This document shows, piece by piece, positions 63,655-64,000 of a stretch of 64,000 bases of DNA. The stretch spans positions 736,001 through 800,000 of the forward strand of contig CBDHHL010000032.1 of NCBI GenBank assembly GCA_965263355.1, written 5' to 3'. Every line of letters begins with the position of its first letter. Position 1 is the first letter of the stretch. The stretch comes from Leptolyngbyaceae cyanobacterium. Lineage in GTDB: Bacteria; Cyanobacteriota; Cyanobacteriia; Phormidesmidales; Phormidesmidaceae. Position numbers and translations under genes: made by a program. The notes beneath the pieces were generated by a model. It worked only from the letters and a program-made list of their open reading frames with translations, had not been told where the DNA came from and did not search any database.

Positions 63655-63848
63655 TGTTCCTCACTCCTTAGATAATGTCCCTAACAATTTCTGAAGACTG
63701 CCACTTCAGAAGACTGCTGCTTGAAGACTGCGCCCGATTGCCAAATGCAAAGCTCACCCTACCTTTAGCAGGGCTATGCCTACAAATAAAATATGAGAGC
63801 GCCACAAAGTTAACGCGTTGCTGGGAAAATGTCAAAGTTTTTTTTGAT

Positions 63849-64000
63849 TTAGCCCGTATTCCGCATCCCGGCAGCAATGCCATTAATGGTGAGCATGGCA
63901 CCGCGGAGAAGCTCACCCCGACTGTAGCGTGACTGAATCACCCCCGTTGCCAGAGCGGCTGCATCACGATGCTGTCGTAGCCGCTTAAGGAGTGAGACCT
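63849..64000 (-). CDS. ppc: phosphoenolpyruvate carboxylase, C-terminal end (gene continues beyond window); not in ORF track
   Basis: Manual translation ...[12 protein letters not shown]...[21 protein letters not shown], the canonical PEPC C-terminus. Confidence 0.93.
   Translation of the reverse strand, partial: VSLLKRLRQHRDAAALATGVIQSRYSRGELLRGAMLTINGIAAGMRNTG

Overview
64-kb chromosomal window from a cyanobacterium. The HIP1 octamer GCGATCGC is frequent, and psb34, groEL2 with a CIRCE, tocopherol genes and ppc are present. A filamentous Leptolyngbya/Leptothoe-like organism is my inference. Most of the window is housekeeping or signalling genes: metY-metX, a four-gene divergent tocopherol cluster, an adenylate cyclase, two hybrid histidine kinases, groEL2, thrC-like plus a MoaD/ThiS-family gene, a HerA-like ATPase and the 3' end of ppc. 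Three accessory loci stand out. (i) Three tandem paralogous ~750-aa secreted alpha-solenoid repeat proteins lie behind two tiny XRE regulators (20.0-27.7 kb). (ii) An AT-rich, HIP1-free chaperone-usher pilus operon has two fully delimited IS66 elements (TIRs plus 8-bp target duplications) in its upstream region, with an IS5 remnant further on (43.5-54.3 kb). (iii) A Pgm1-like ATP-grasp ligase and an orphan HTH gene are divergent from an isoaspartyl peptidase (2.3-5.5 kb). Non-coding signals read directly from the sequence include a match to the IscR type-1 (Rrf2) operator consensus upstream of thrC-moaD, several GTAG REP-like palindromes, two small dispersed MITE-like repeat families, and an octamer tandem repeat inside herA. 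Two genes missed by the ORF track (psb34 and the ppc 3' end) were found by manual translation. I saw no rRNA, tRNA or CRISPR array. All product calls come from motif recognition, not database searches.
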